A stretch of 32,289 nt of DNA from Azolla caroliniana (taxonomy: Eukaryota > Plantae > Polypodiophyta). Of the stretch, positions 12,101 through 24,498 are shown piece by piece (the stretch's first letter is position 1; the number at the start of each line of letters is the position of its first letter). Position numbers and translations under genes: made by a program. Location of the stretch: the NCBI GenBank assembly GCA_043228905.1, contig JBHGNT010000351.1, positions 1 through 32,289 on the forward strand, given 5' to 3'. The notes below the pieces were generated by a model that saw only the letters and a list, made by a program, of their open reading frames with translations, had not been told where the DNA came from and made no database searches.

Positions 12101-12940
12101 CTTATAATCAATAACCTAGAGATTTTCTATTGCACTCTTAGCATACATTAGGGTCATTCACTTCCCCCCCCCCCACGATACTTGCAATAGACTATCTGTC
12201 ATCGAGGAAGACATAGGCACTAGCTTCCTCAATGTCTTGTTAACGTTGGAAGGCTCTAGTGTTGTAAATGTATTAGTGGCCTAAGAAAACTTGTGAAAAC
12301 ATACAAATTAAGAAAGCAGGAAACACTAAGGGCACGAATAATTGGAAGATGATACACTGCGTGTGTAAACTCAAGACACCATTCATTGAGAGTCAACGCA
12401 ACCCCATGTCGTATTGATGGCATAAAGTATGGTAGATGGCATACACTCATCTATACTCACTATTTGTGTGTATAGCTCGTGATATATCCTAGGTGTAAGT
12501 TATGGATCCTAGGTTGAGCATCGAAGGGCCTTTACATACAACATACGACATTTGGGTGAAGGTCATGAGAACATATCAATCATTTGGTGCCAAAAACCAC
12601 ATCACCTTATATATTTGGGTGGATATCAAGGTGTTGTCATGGGGCGGGCGAGGGGGGGTGGCTTCCATGGGCCAATAATGTGTTGCGGCCATTCTCCAAT
12701 GGAAGACGAAGGACAAGGTGTTCGGCCGAGTCAAGGGGGTGGACGAGGGAAGGACTTTGGGACACGAGAAGGCTCATGGGTTTTGGTTGGTCGAGCCATA
12801 CATAGGCATGGATGACGATGGTATTATGGTGTCCATTGGGCGGGGTGGGGTGGGGGGTGTCCAAAAGGAATCTCGTGTCAACGTGTACGAGACGAGGTTT
12901 GAGGTAGTTCTTATTTTTTGGTTAAAAACAAAGAAGAAAC

Positions 12941-13000
12941 AAGAGAAGAGAAGAGAAGAGAGAAGAGAAGAGAAGAGAAGAGAGGAGAGGAGAGGAGAGA
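12941..13000. repeat. (AGAAG)n/(AGAGG)n purine microsatellite in probable 5' UTR
   Basis: Read directly; lies immediately upstream of ATG 13005. Confidence 0.9.
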
Positions 13001-13004
13001 AGCT

Positions 13005-13090
13005 ATGGCGTCGTGCAGCTTGCATGGGTCACTACTACCTCCACCATTTTTGCACAAGAAGCCACCATTTACATACGTATATATTATTCC

Positions 13091-13131
<41 letters not shown>

Positions 13132-13968
13132 CACTGCGTCGTCTTCCCTTTCCTATGCATCGTCTTTCACATCGAGACAAAAAAACAAACAAACAAACAA
13201 AAGAAAAACGAAGAAGATGCTATATTCCTTCTCCGTCACAGATATGTCGATTTCAATCTTTCCCTTCTTCATGTACTTCTTATGAATCAGAAGGTACCAT
13301 ACGACCTGCCCACGCTCATCTTATCTATCCTTCCATTTTTCTGTTCTCTGATTGAAGGTTCGAAAAAAAAGACACACTTGATTTTTAGTTCTATTTATTA
13401 CAGATGAATACAAATATTTAGCTTTGTTTTATTATAAGAATATGTGTTTGGTTCTGATGATTGAGGTATGTATACATTGTGTATCTTTTGGCAGATTGAA
13501 TGATACTAAATTACATGTATTAAACTCTTCTTTTCCGATAATGCATTGGGTAACAATTCATATATGAATCAATAAAGTAGACGATTTGAGTACACATCTA
13601 TGATAATCAAGAAAATCTCATCATGTAGGGGCATTACTTTTATTTCTCACATCTAATGGATGAAATCAGGTATAATAAATTTATAATCATTAATTAAGCC
13701 ATTGCGCAGGTGACAATCAATCCACTTCTATTGATCTATATGAATTTATATCTATAAATTTATGGCCATTGGATAAGTCATTATGTGTTTTGTACAGGGA
13801 GTAACAAATCTATTTCTGTTGCTCCAAAAAGATATTGGTTAAGTCATTAACAAGCCATTATACAATTTCTACAGGGATAGGAACAGAATATTGAAAGCAC
13901 ATGTGCTTGACATCGGGCTAGTCTGTTTTGAAGGTTTTAAGATAAGTTAACATATCAGTGAAAGAAAA
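13005..13968 (+). CDS. Putative N-terminal extension exons (transit-peptide-like) of the coiled-coil gene
   Basis: 13005-13076 (MASCSLHGSLLPPPFLHKKPPFTY), 13242-13293 (ICRFQSFPSSCTSYESE), 13798-13837 (GSNKSISVAPKRY) and 13959-13968 join in frame to ATG 13969 through GT-AG introns. The last acceptor is weak. Confidence 0.45.
13095..13129. repeat. (CT)n microsatellite
   Basis: Read directly. Confidence 0.95.
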
Positions 13969-16900
13969 ATGGGAGATGCTATACCGAAAACATCAAAAAT
14001 AGTGTTGACGCAAACAGTTGATATCTCACAATGGCAAGCAACGCTGGCACAGAAAGAATTAACAGGGTCCAGTTCTCTTCACGATGATAGGAATCGTGTC
14101 AATGACGAGATCAATAATGGCAACAAACAACCTCAAGATATGGCATTTAGTAAAAGTAGTAGTGGTAATGGACATAACCATGCCACTTTTGTTCGCGATG
14201 ATACAGACTTAATTGATTTCTCGGATCCAGACGTTCTGGATTGGATACAAAAACAAGAAATGACAGGTGGAAACACAGTAGAAAAACTGGAAAAACGACT
14301 CAAACAATTAGAATCTTTCAATAACATAGAAATCAATGTGCAAGATAGCGTTGCCAACTCAACTCAACCTATCTATAATCAGGATTTCGTCAGTGGAAGA
14401 CATATTCACTCCATAGCATCATTCTATGATGATAGTAAAGCTACCAACAACGTCATGTGCAAGACTCCCCTCCACGTCAATGTTAGCGATAGCGGCATTG
14501 GAGAAGGAACTAGAAGCAAGTCTTTTAGTGGTAGAGGAATCGGGAGTGATCAAACAGATGTAGAACTGAATAAACTCAAAACAGAACTGCAAAGACAGGA
14601 TCTAGAGATACATAAACTCAGGGATGATTTAAAACATCTCAAGTCACTTGAAAATGAAGAGGATAGAAACACAGTTGCAGACAAGTTTGTTGATAAGGTA
14701 TGTGAAGTTTCGATAGAAAATTTAATTTATTGACATTTGTGATTTGATAACATGTTTCATTAGTATATTCTAAGGGTTGATCATATTTCACAGGTGAATA
14801 CAGTCAGGATGCCCTCTATAATTTCTGGATATGAAAGACACCACGATGTTTCTCCATCCAAGCCAGACTCAAATCATGGCTTTAATACACACAGAGTTTT
14901 AAGTGAGAGCTTCAATGGAACCCTATATAGATGTGGAGATAATCAAGACGGCCAAGAGTCAAGTTATGGATCACCTAAGCGTGACTTATCATCAAAAGGG
15001 CTAGTTGTTGCCATGAAAGACAAGGTAACGGCACGAAGGTTGGGGATAGAGATGGGCCAAACAACAATTCCCGATATGGACAGGTTTCTCTACTCTCCTC
15101 TCTTTTCTTCATAATATGTATTACCTTACTTATGTTATCACTCCTTATTTACTTTCATGTACATTATTCTTCTCGACTGGAAATCCTGATTCTATATCTG
15201 ATTCTATTTTTCAATAGTTTTGTTCGGCATTGCAATGTGCATTCAAATATTTTATGTTGATTTCCTATTTCTGAATACGTGATGTTTAGGATTAAGATTT
15301 ACACGAATGTAATGTTTAGTTCTGACGTACCTCTTGACAGTTCAAGAAGCATCTCTATGATGCAATTTCAACTCAACTCACTGCTGTCAACCCTAGAATT
15401 ATCTATGGAGAAATTATGTAATAGCTTTTGGATGCGTGGATCAAGGGACACTGACTCATCTATGACTGATAGTGGACGTATTGAAGGTATGTAGGTCTAT
15501 AAATGTATATCTATCTTGTAAGGATCTTATTTTTCTGAAGTATGCATAAATCAAACTGCTGTGATGTCTTGTTTTTGCAGATGAACTGTTTGTTTTGACA
15601 AAAACCGTCTACAAACTTAAGGACTTATATCAAGAGTTTGCATACCATTTCTTCAATAACGAGGCAGGAAAGGACCGAATAATTAATTCCCAGAAAGTAA
15701 GCAAAAGTCCTTTAACCATGTACGATTGTGAGATCAAAATACCTGCATTTACATTATATTCAATACTTAATAAAGATCAATGCATTCTTTTTCTCAATGA
15801 TTTAGCATGATACTAGATGCATCCATTAATGGAGTGAAATTGATGTGACGGGAATTTCCAAAGATACATTACTATATCATGATTCATTGTGGGGAATATA
15901 TTCTTATACGTGAATAAGGATCATATGGGCAGAGGCTAATTTTTTATGAAGACATTGGTGAAACAAATTGTAATTTCTTTTCTATTGTGGCTATAGTGCA
16001 TCCTTTCTTTGCAAAATGTGAAAGCACAATCTCGTAAGTTTTTGATTAAAATTAACTGCCAAACCATTTAATTCTTTCTATCTTTGATTTTTGAAGAGAG
16101 ACAGAGAGAGGGAAAGTACTAAGGTATGTATGAAATTCAGAATCCACAGATAGTAGATTTGTATCTCCTTTCCAGAAGTATTTCTCTGGATACACATGGG
16201 TATAAATGCACTGAGATTTGAAAAGATATCTGTAGTTTTTTCTCAAGGGTTGGGCAGAAGCATATCTAGTGAATTGAAATCATTCCTATTCTAGACTAAA
16301 GGTACTCATCCTATTTTATGTTAATAGTCAGACTATAGTTGGATAATGTGGGTATGCTTAAACAAGGAGTGTGGGGCTTTTGGTTTATTAGTAAAGTGGT
16401 TAAGGGTGGTGGATAAGATGACATAAAAGAAGATGAAAAATACTACGGACTGATCAAGGAGGTTAAATCCCCATGAATCAGTATGGGTAACTGAGGGATC
16501 AAGGGACTGCCAACCGCTACAAATGCCTCAAGAGAATGGGGTGATTGAAGGGAAGAACTGGACTCTTCTTGACACTTCCATCACATACTAAAGGGTGCAA
16601 ACCCCCATCTACGCTAAAACGAAGCACTACAGTTACATCCGCAAGCAATCAAACATTTTATGCCATCTTTTGTAAGGAATGAGTCTGCTGTAAACCTACT
16701 TAGGTTTCAAGTCTTTTTCCAATAATGGAAATAGTTTTTCTTGTGGTATTTCACATATCACATATGCATGTACAGCAGCCAGAGGCAGAAAATGCATCTT
16801 TATTGGAAACACAACATGGGGGTTTAAGACCTACCAGCTATTTGATCTAGTTGGGAAGATCCTGGCCTGGGATGGGGAAATTTAAGGAAGGTCCATATAG

Positions 16901-19900
16901 CTTCAGTGCTGGCAGGAAAAGAAGCTCTGAGCAGAAATCAAAGTGGAAGACGCTGCTGAACTGCTGAATCCTGGATGGCTAGCATCATCTCAATTGTCTA
17001 TTTCAGTGTATTAATTGGATAAGACATTTTAGAGCCAAATGAAGGAGATTTTGGAAGAAAGATATCCGTTAGTGTTGGAGGGTCAAGCAGATAGGCCATG
17101 CAGGCCCAAGAGTATAGACCAACAGATTATATCATGCTATAGACTGTCAACATAACACTTGTGGCTGAAATCCTTGGCAAAGGCAAAGAACCAGTAGTGC
17201 GTGAAGTAGTGATGGACTACTGGTTGAAGGCCACAACAGATACTAAAATGAAAATTCTAGTGGAAAACCAAACCTGGGATTTGGTTGATCTGCCTGCCAA
17301 CTGAAAGGTAATGATACCATATTGGCTTGAAACCAACTACAAGGAAACATATCCCTCGAGAAAAGCAATCTTTACTCACAGCCAATGCTCCAGATTACAC
17401 TCAACTAAAGGAAGAGATGCTCCCTTGACCACATGATTAAGAAGTATCTGAGCTTCTGTGATTGTGATAGTGTATGGAACTGGTCAGAATCAAGTCTATA
17501 TTCTTGAATGGGCACCTTGAAGAGGTTCTTTTGGCGGAACTACCGTTTGAGGTGCCCCCCCTGAGAATCAAGCTCTGCAAGATTTAGAAGGCAATGCATA
17601 GGTTGAGGTAGGCATCAATAGGAATGAGCTGGCTGATGAGGTTTTCATAGATTAAGGATATCAAAAAAATTCCACACTGATGCAAGCGACGGTAGATTGG
17701 AAGCAGGCGATAGTTATCTACTCAACAATCTGATGGTTAAAGGAGACTACAAGGGGAATATAATGCAATCAAACTTGATGCTAGAAAAAGGATGAAAGGA
17801 TTTGGCAACGATTGAGCCTGGTGTATGTGGTAGGGATGCTATGTTGTGTGCCTCAATCAAAGCAAATCCTTTGGAAGGCAAGACTGTGGATGCTGTGGTA
17901 TCTGATGGTTAAAAAATCTGGCATTGACCACGTCACAAATTTGTAGATATACTGTGACTTCAACTGTGCTGGAGATGAGCATCTGGCTGCTATTTATTTC
18001 TTGTATAGAAAGCTGCTAGGCTATGTGGCTTTGGCAGATTCCAGAGTTGGGAATATGCGCATATCCAATGTGACATCTAGTCTGTCATGATCACAATGAA
18101 TGATGTGTTCCATGGACAGATGATGCTTGTAGAGATTCAGTTCCTGTGTGCAAATGCTCATCAAGGGCAGAGTTATCTAGCTAGAGTAGTGTCCAACGTC
18201 TAGGTTCCTTGAGGTAGAACCATTGCTGAATCAAACATGGAATACATCTCAGGCTGAAACCCTTATCTTCTCTTGATAAAAAAACTGCTACATGATGTCT
18301 TTTTATTTCTTGTCTTTTCCATGATCATATGCTTCCAGCATTATACAACCTTTAAAGTTCCCTATGAGTGAGTATTTGGATCTTGAAAAACTCTAATACT
18401 CCAACAGAGAAATCTAATGAAATTTTCGAAGGATCAACATTTGTACTCGGCTCTTAAAGATTTGTTCATGCCAAACAAAATGTTTGACATAAGATTCTGC
18501 CTCAAAATTTAGATTTTTTATTGTTGAAAAGGTAAAATAAGATTTGTAAAATAGGAAGGGTAGGAATGAGCAAATAAGTTGTATAACTAGCCAAGTCTTC
18601 ACTCACTTAATGAATTTGAAATTCTTCTAATAAGTTTGACACATTAAGCACTTCATAGTTAATCCCCCTTATCTTAAAATGACGTTTAAGATGTCTTAAT
18701 GGGATCTAAGAAGGTACAAAACAGGATAGAAAGGTAATATTTTTTCAGCAAATAGTGAATCATATGTCCATAAACATCCGAAGTATTCACACACTTGTGT
18801 ATACATGGTTTGCGCACAGGCACACACACACATATTGTGTATACACTGACACGTTTCTGAAATTTAATAATATTCAAGTCATGCTCATATCTTTGACATT
18901 CATAAATTGCTGAGCTGTCAATTTTCAATATTTGTTGAATTTAGCAAATACAATTTATGAAACTGTGCAGCAACTGGCTCAATCCGAGTTTAGGGTTACT
19001 ACATTGGAATCGTTATGCATCCAGAAAGACAGGAAAGTGGAGGAGCTTGAATGCCAAATACATTCCATCTTGAAAGAATTAGAAAGTGGCAGACATGAAA
19101 AATATGAGTTAACGAGTATAATTCAAAAGATGTATAAAGAAGCCGAAGAACAAAGATATCGGATCAAGGAACTTCTTGGTATCAATGAGGAGCTTTTGCA
19201 ATTTTCACAAGCCAAGGAAGAGAAGGTAAAACGTGCACACACACTTGTATCATTACCCAAGTGGATTTTTCTTAATAAAGTTATCCTAAATCTAATGTTT
19301 TGAGAAACTATTATTCAATGGGGATGTAGATACTTGCGAATTTTTATGTTAATCTTTTTCTCTATTTTGGCAGCTTGGATCCCTCCAAATAACAAAAGAT
19401 CACCTGACACAGCAAGTCATTCAGTACCAAGAAAAAACTGCAAGGCTCGAAGGTTTGCTGAAGCAGAAAGATAAAGAAGGAGAGGAACTAAAAAGAAGAC
19501 TGAAAGCTGGACAAATTGCAACAGAGGAAATTATATTTGAAAAGATCGACCTGGCATCAAAAATCCAAAAGATGCAGAAGGAAGCAGAGGAGCAACATCG
19601 GCGTATCAATGAGTTAATTAGTATCAACGAAGAGCTTCTAGAGTTTTCTCAAATGAAGGAAGATCAGGTACAGGGCATCCTCACAATCTTCTTTGCTTTT
19701 TTATTTGTTTTGTTTCATATCCATGATGTGGTGAGGATCAGAATGCGTGCATGAGATGGTGATACAGATGGTTATTTGAAGTGAAAAACTTCATTATCAT
19801 GTTTACGTTCTGATCCTCATGAGATTCTTGGTGATACAAAATCATGCCAGTGATTTATGAATCCTCATAGCATGCCATTATATATATATTGATATATATA

Positions 19901-20404
19901 AGGAGAAGAAAACATTTCGTCAGTTTGCTCAGAACTGACATTTTGATAGTTTGAGAAACAAGTACTTAACACAAAAATGCTCCATTGATAAATTATAATA
20001 TCCATTTATAGTTTTTTCCAGCTAGCACAAGTCTACTTTTATTAACAACAAACCTTCTTGCGTGATTAGCATGAATAATTCTTGTCTGGATTTTTAGGCA
20101 TTCTTCATTGTTCTTGCTCATGCTATACACTCTCAAGCTGTATTCCTCTCGTGTTGTTTGATCGAATTGGCTCACCATGTACTTATGATATATATGACAG
20201 AGTCGAGCATTGCAGTATCATCTTGGAGAGGGTACCCAACAAGCATCTGATGGTATTCATGGTATTGATGATGACCATACCATCATGATTGAGCATGTAA
20301 CAAATTCAAGCAACAATTCTAGCAGCATCAGCACACTACTTAAAACAGTGCCTAATCCAGGTGATGAAGATCCAGATTTGAACCCTCTTCTAGATCAGTT
20401 GTAG
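13969..20404 (+). CDS. Uncharacterised coiled-coil protein, 7 coding exons, ~677 aa from ATG 13969
   Basis: Exons 13969-14697, 14794-15083, 15341-15486, 15581-15696, 18971-19225, 19374-19667, 20201-20404. All introns are GT-AG with consistent phases (2034 nt). Heptad-rich segments include VELNKLKTELQRQDLEIHKLRDDLKHL and KVEELECQIHSILKELE. No family was recognised with certainty. Confidence 0.82.
16790..18170 (+). mobile_element. Decayed, internally deleted Ty1/copia pol (reverse transcriptase to RNase H) in the 3.3-kb intron of the coiled-coil gene
   Basis: Ordered copia motifs: WLKA..DTKMKILVENQTWDLVDLPAN*KV (from 17221), IKSIFLNGHLEEV (17489-17527), LCKI*KAMHRLR*A (about 17573; cf. CKLKKALYGLKQA) and YCDFNCAGD (about 17949; cf. 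GY.D.DWAG). Stops and frameshifts throughout; outer boundaries approximate. Confidence 0.8.
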
Positions 20405-20943
20405 CGAGGTGCCAAACTATATTGTGTTCAATGCAAATCATTTGGTTGAAGCTCAATATGTGAACAAACATTTTTTAAAGATGTATAGCATTCATTGGTA
20501 TATAAAATTCAGTTTGTTTGTATGGATTGGTTCTACCCTTGCCTATTTACGAGTGAAAGCTCTCTTACCAGCATCTTACATGATTTTCATGTAGTTGAAT
20601 TTGCCTAACAAAGAAGCTATGAAATCATCAAAGCTCACCGTGTTTGGGGTAAAAACCCATTTAACTGGAGAAGGCTATCCTAACTCTTTGTATATATACG
20701 TATACACTTTCTTGTCTTGAGAAATCCAATTCTGATAAATATTGAGGATTGCAAAGCATTGTCTATTTAACAACTGATGCTTTGAGTAATTCTTTCCTAT
20801 TTATTGCAAAGGAATATATCTGGCATCATGCCTCTATGCTCTCTCCGTCAAAGGTAGGATATAATCCTGACATGCACAGAGAATGGTAATGCTTGGGGGT
20901 TCTTAGTTTAATCTAGGGTAATAATGGGTTTGGTTTGTTTTTA

Positions 20944-21326
20944 GTTTGGGATCATGTGTTGATATCAAGAGTAGCTAGGCTTGTGATTGTTGGGTCATGT
21001 CAGAAAAACAAAAATGAATTCAAATCAATAGATATCCTAAGTAGTTAAAGAAATAAGTTTTCCATCAGCTAGTTTTTTACTAGTTAAAGAATATGCCTTT
21101 ATGAGAACATGGGGTTCCTTGCTTTAAGTCTTGAGCAACGGGTTTTGTCTATGATTTTGGTTTGGGATTATGTGTTGATATCAAGAATGACTAGGCTTGT
21201 AACTATTGGGCCATATCTAGAACACTAAATGAAATTGGGCCAATAGGATTCCTTGTATTTTAAGAAATAGTTTTTCCGTCACCTAGGTTTTGTACTAGTT
21301 AAAGAAGACGACTTTATGAAAACATG
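20944..21326. repeat. Diverged direct repeat, two ~168-bp copies with 216-bp period
   Basis: GTTTGGGAT.ATGTGTTGATATCAAGA...CTAGGCTTGT...TACTAGTTAAAGAA...CTTTATGA.AACATG at 20944-21111 and 21160-21326. Confidence 0.85.
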
Positions 21327-21887
21327 AGTCACCATGTTGCCATTGTACAATTGAATTCCTAAGAAAATCTAAAGAAATTGTACTATCTACATTGGGTGGA
21401 TGGTGATGAATCAGTCTTGAACTTTATTTATTGCCTTGCTTGGGTAAGAGTCTTATGTGGTTAACTAGTGTTTCTTAATTGTTCTTATCTTTGATATATA
21501 ATAATTTTGGAGAACTTGTCCATCTATTGTTTTTTGTGACCAATAGGTTTTCCATTCAATGATTTTGTACATGAATATGGGATTCCAGTCTTATATCACA
21601 TCTTATATTCCAGTCTTGATTTTATATCACACCTTCGGTGATCAACATGGTTGGTTTTTGGGCTTCATATGATGATTTTTGTGACCAATGTTTTTGAGCT
21701 ACATCATCTTGTTTTTAAGGCCAACAATTTAGGGTTTCAACTTTATAAACGATTATCACAACCAAAAGTATAATAAAGATACTTCTAGACATCTAGACAA
21801 CAACCAAATATATAGCTCATATTCTAGACATCTTGTGTACACATTACGTTTTTTGCAACCAATGATTTTGTACCATATAAGCACTAT

Positions 21888-21931
21888 GATTTGCGGAGTA
21901 CATGATTCATGAGTCATGTACTCCGCAAATC
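21888..21931. repeat. 44-bp near-perfect palindrome
   Basis: GATTTGCGGAGTACATGATTCA|TGAGTCATGTACTCCGCAAATC: 21 of 22 positions pair, with no spacer. Confidence 0.95.
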
Positions 21932-22833
21932 GCCGCTCTTGTTTTGGCCTTGATTATGCCTTTTATGCCACACCAATCTCATTATGAGTTTGACCTTATA
22001 TTTTGTTTTCAATGAGGAGCGATGATTTTTTACAACATTTGCATCAGTGGAATTGTCGACCTTATTCCTTATTTGTGTCTAGGGTTTTTTTTATAGCTTG
22101 AGGAATCTGTTCACAACAACCAAATATGTGATGCAAGCAATAAGTTTGAATAGTTAGTTGATTGCCCTACATTTTGACGGTGACAAATGGTTTTCTAAAA
22201 AATTAGGACGCAATTTTAGTCATATTAACAAGTGACAAACACGTTGAACGAGTCTCTTAAAGAAAGTGTACGTAGAACTTAATAAGGAAATAATAACATT
22301 CAACTCGGAAATTGGAATTTACTGTGAAAACTATAAATGAATGATAAACACTAATAATTCTTGCATACAAATGATGCACTAATCATTTTGGGTGCTTTAG
22401 GAGTTACTTTTTTTCTTCTACTTTTAATGATTTGAGTATATGTGGATGTCCACACAATTTTGTTTTTCCACTTCTTCTTCCTCACTCTCTCCCTAACAAT
22501 TATTATTACTACCACTCATTAAATCATTCATTCATGATGAATGAGGTGTGACCCCCCCCCCCCCCCCCCTCTCTTCTACATGTGTGTGTGTGTGAGCGCG
22601 CAGGGGCGCAATCCATGCTAAATCATGAGACGTAGCCTCTCTATTCTCTTGCTCTAATGATTTTGGTAAAGAGAACCTCTCTATGATGATTTTTGAGGAA
22701 TGAATGACCAATCTGCCACATATTTTCCCCTCCCACGAGAAATATATGCATTTCATATTGATATTTATAAAATTTAGAAGACAACTTTGCACAAGGAAAT
22801 ATTGAATGTTTCAACATTATAGTGATATTTTTT

Positions 22834-23310
22834 TGTTATGTCCCAAAATCAAGATTAAGATTACACAAGAACACACAAACGGAAACAAACATGGGACAAA
22901 AATGCTCTTATATTATGTTTAAAACTCAAAATATTACAACACTCCCAATATTGAGACAAGACCGAAACATGAATTGGGACAAGTTGAGATGAGTCGGGCT
23001 ACAAAACTAATCTGAGGGAGAGCAAGCACCACCACACTCCTTGGAGCAAAATGAGTGAATATCGGAATGGCTCCTCCTTATTTAAGGCCAAATATGGCCG
23101 TTGGGACAAACCATGGTGTTGCCCCTTTTAGGACTAGGATTGGGTGCCCTTGTGAGTCTGAGTTGGGACAAAATAGGGACACCGCATTTTACTTTAGTTA
23201 TTGAGGACTCTTGAGTATTGTTACTCAATGTGCAAAGTTATCGGTGCCTACATGTTGATGTCGTAGGTAAACTCTTTCTTATCATGAGAGCAAGGGATGA
23301 ACATGGACAT
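22834..23310 (-). mobile_element. Possible LTR remnant or solo LTR (reverse orientation)
   Basis: Begins TGTTATG (reverse complement of a CATAACA LTR end). An A/C-rich stretch (T/G-rich U5-like on the minus strand) follows, then CCTTATTTAAGG (TATA-like on minus) and repeated TGGGACAA. The far end and TSD are not identified. Confidence 0.35.
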
Positions 23311-24498
23311 GTCCATAAACAAGAGTATTGAAATAGTTCATGACCGTTAACTAAACAATTAGCACTGTTATGGTGGAAACTTTATGGAGTAAGGAACATT
23401 CTTTGAAGCCCAATCTTTAATATTGATTAATTATATCACGACTTCTCTGATGTTTTTGACAAAGCCAACACTAGAAAGATTCCAAATCATCGTGACTATG
23501 GTTGCCTTATGGATTCACAGCATGTTATGATTCCCCATATGGTCTAATATAACTTATGCTTGTTGAATTTCAAGTTCTCTAGGATTAGATCGAAGAGAAC
23601 TTGGCCACTAGTTTCACGTGGCACTCTCAGTCAACTATTTGAGCACCTATCTTCATTGTCAAGAAGAAGGATGGTACTTTGTAATTGGTTGTTGCAACCA
23701 TACACTTATATACCAGCAAATAAACGCTTATACATATTCAAACCCATTGTCGATAAAGCTTATGCATATTCAAATATGTCAATCTGCATTGTTTGAGAAA
23801 CTAATGTTTAAATGTTTAGCATTTCTTGGGGGTTCAATTATTGCAATGCACGGATATCAATAGCCTTAGGCATGTTGCAATATACTTGGGACTGATATTG
23901 ATAATTTGTTTCTTAAATGTTTTTGCCTCTTTCTAAGCATATTAAAGTCAACCATCTTCTAATTGGACTTTAATAATGCCCCTATTCACAAATCCCTACA
24001 TGGCAAAGCTATGTTAAGGAAATTTTCAAAATGTAGGGTCTTCAAGTATTTCAAGTGTCATGCAAAACATTTGAATCAATACTTTGCCATTCTAGGATTC
24101 TTTATGGGGTGTGGAGAACATAACATTAAACACAATTTCACATGTATGTGCGTGCATAACCTTTTTTCATGATTTCTATGCATCACTAAGTTATCCTATC
24201 CATAGTTGTGAATTTGTCCTTACAATAATAATTGAAATTTATCTTTTATAATCTTCTTTGCGGACATTAAATAAAAACATGTGCCGGAGGATATGAGAGT
24301 GAGACTATTCACACTACGGATTACCTATTCACATGTTCAAGTTGATTTGACTATTTTTGGGATGCTAAAACTTGTGACAAAAATGCATTGTACTCGAGAA
24401 GAGAAGGTGGACTAAAGACTCATGAGTCATACCTATACAATTTTCTCAATCATGGTCACTCAGGGATTGGTATGTTATATACATGCTTGTAAGCAATA

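Noticed and set aside
12718-13407. 229-aa ORF and overlapping ORFs on both strands
   Set aside because: These are open frames created by GA/CT microsatellites, with no recognisable domain.
23400-24170. Possible CACTA transposase remnant on the minus strand (VMH..., PSFF...)
   Set aside because: Only 3-4-residue matches amid stops and no CACTA termini. It needs tBLASTn to support.
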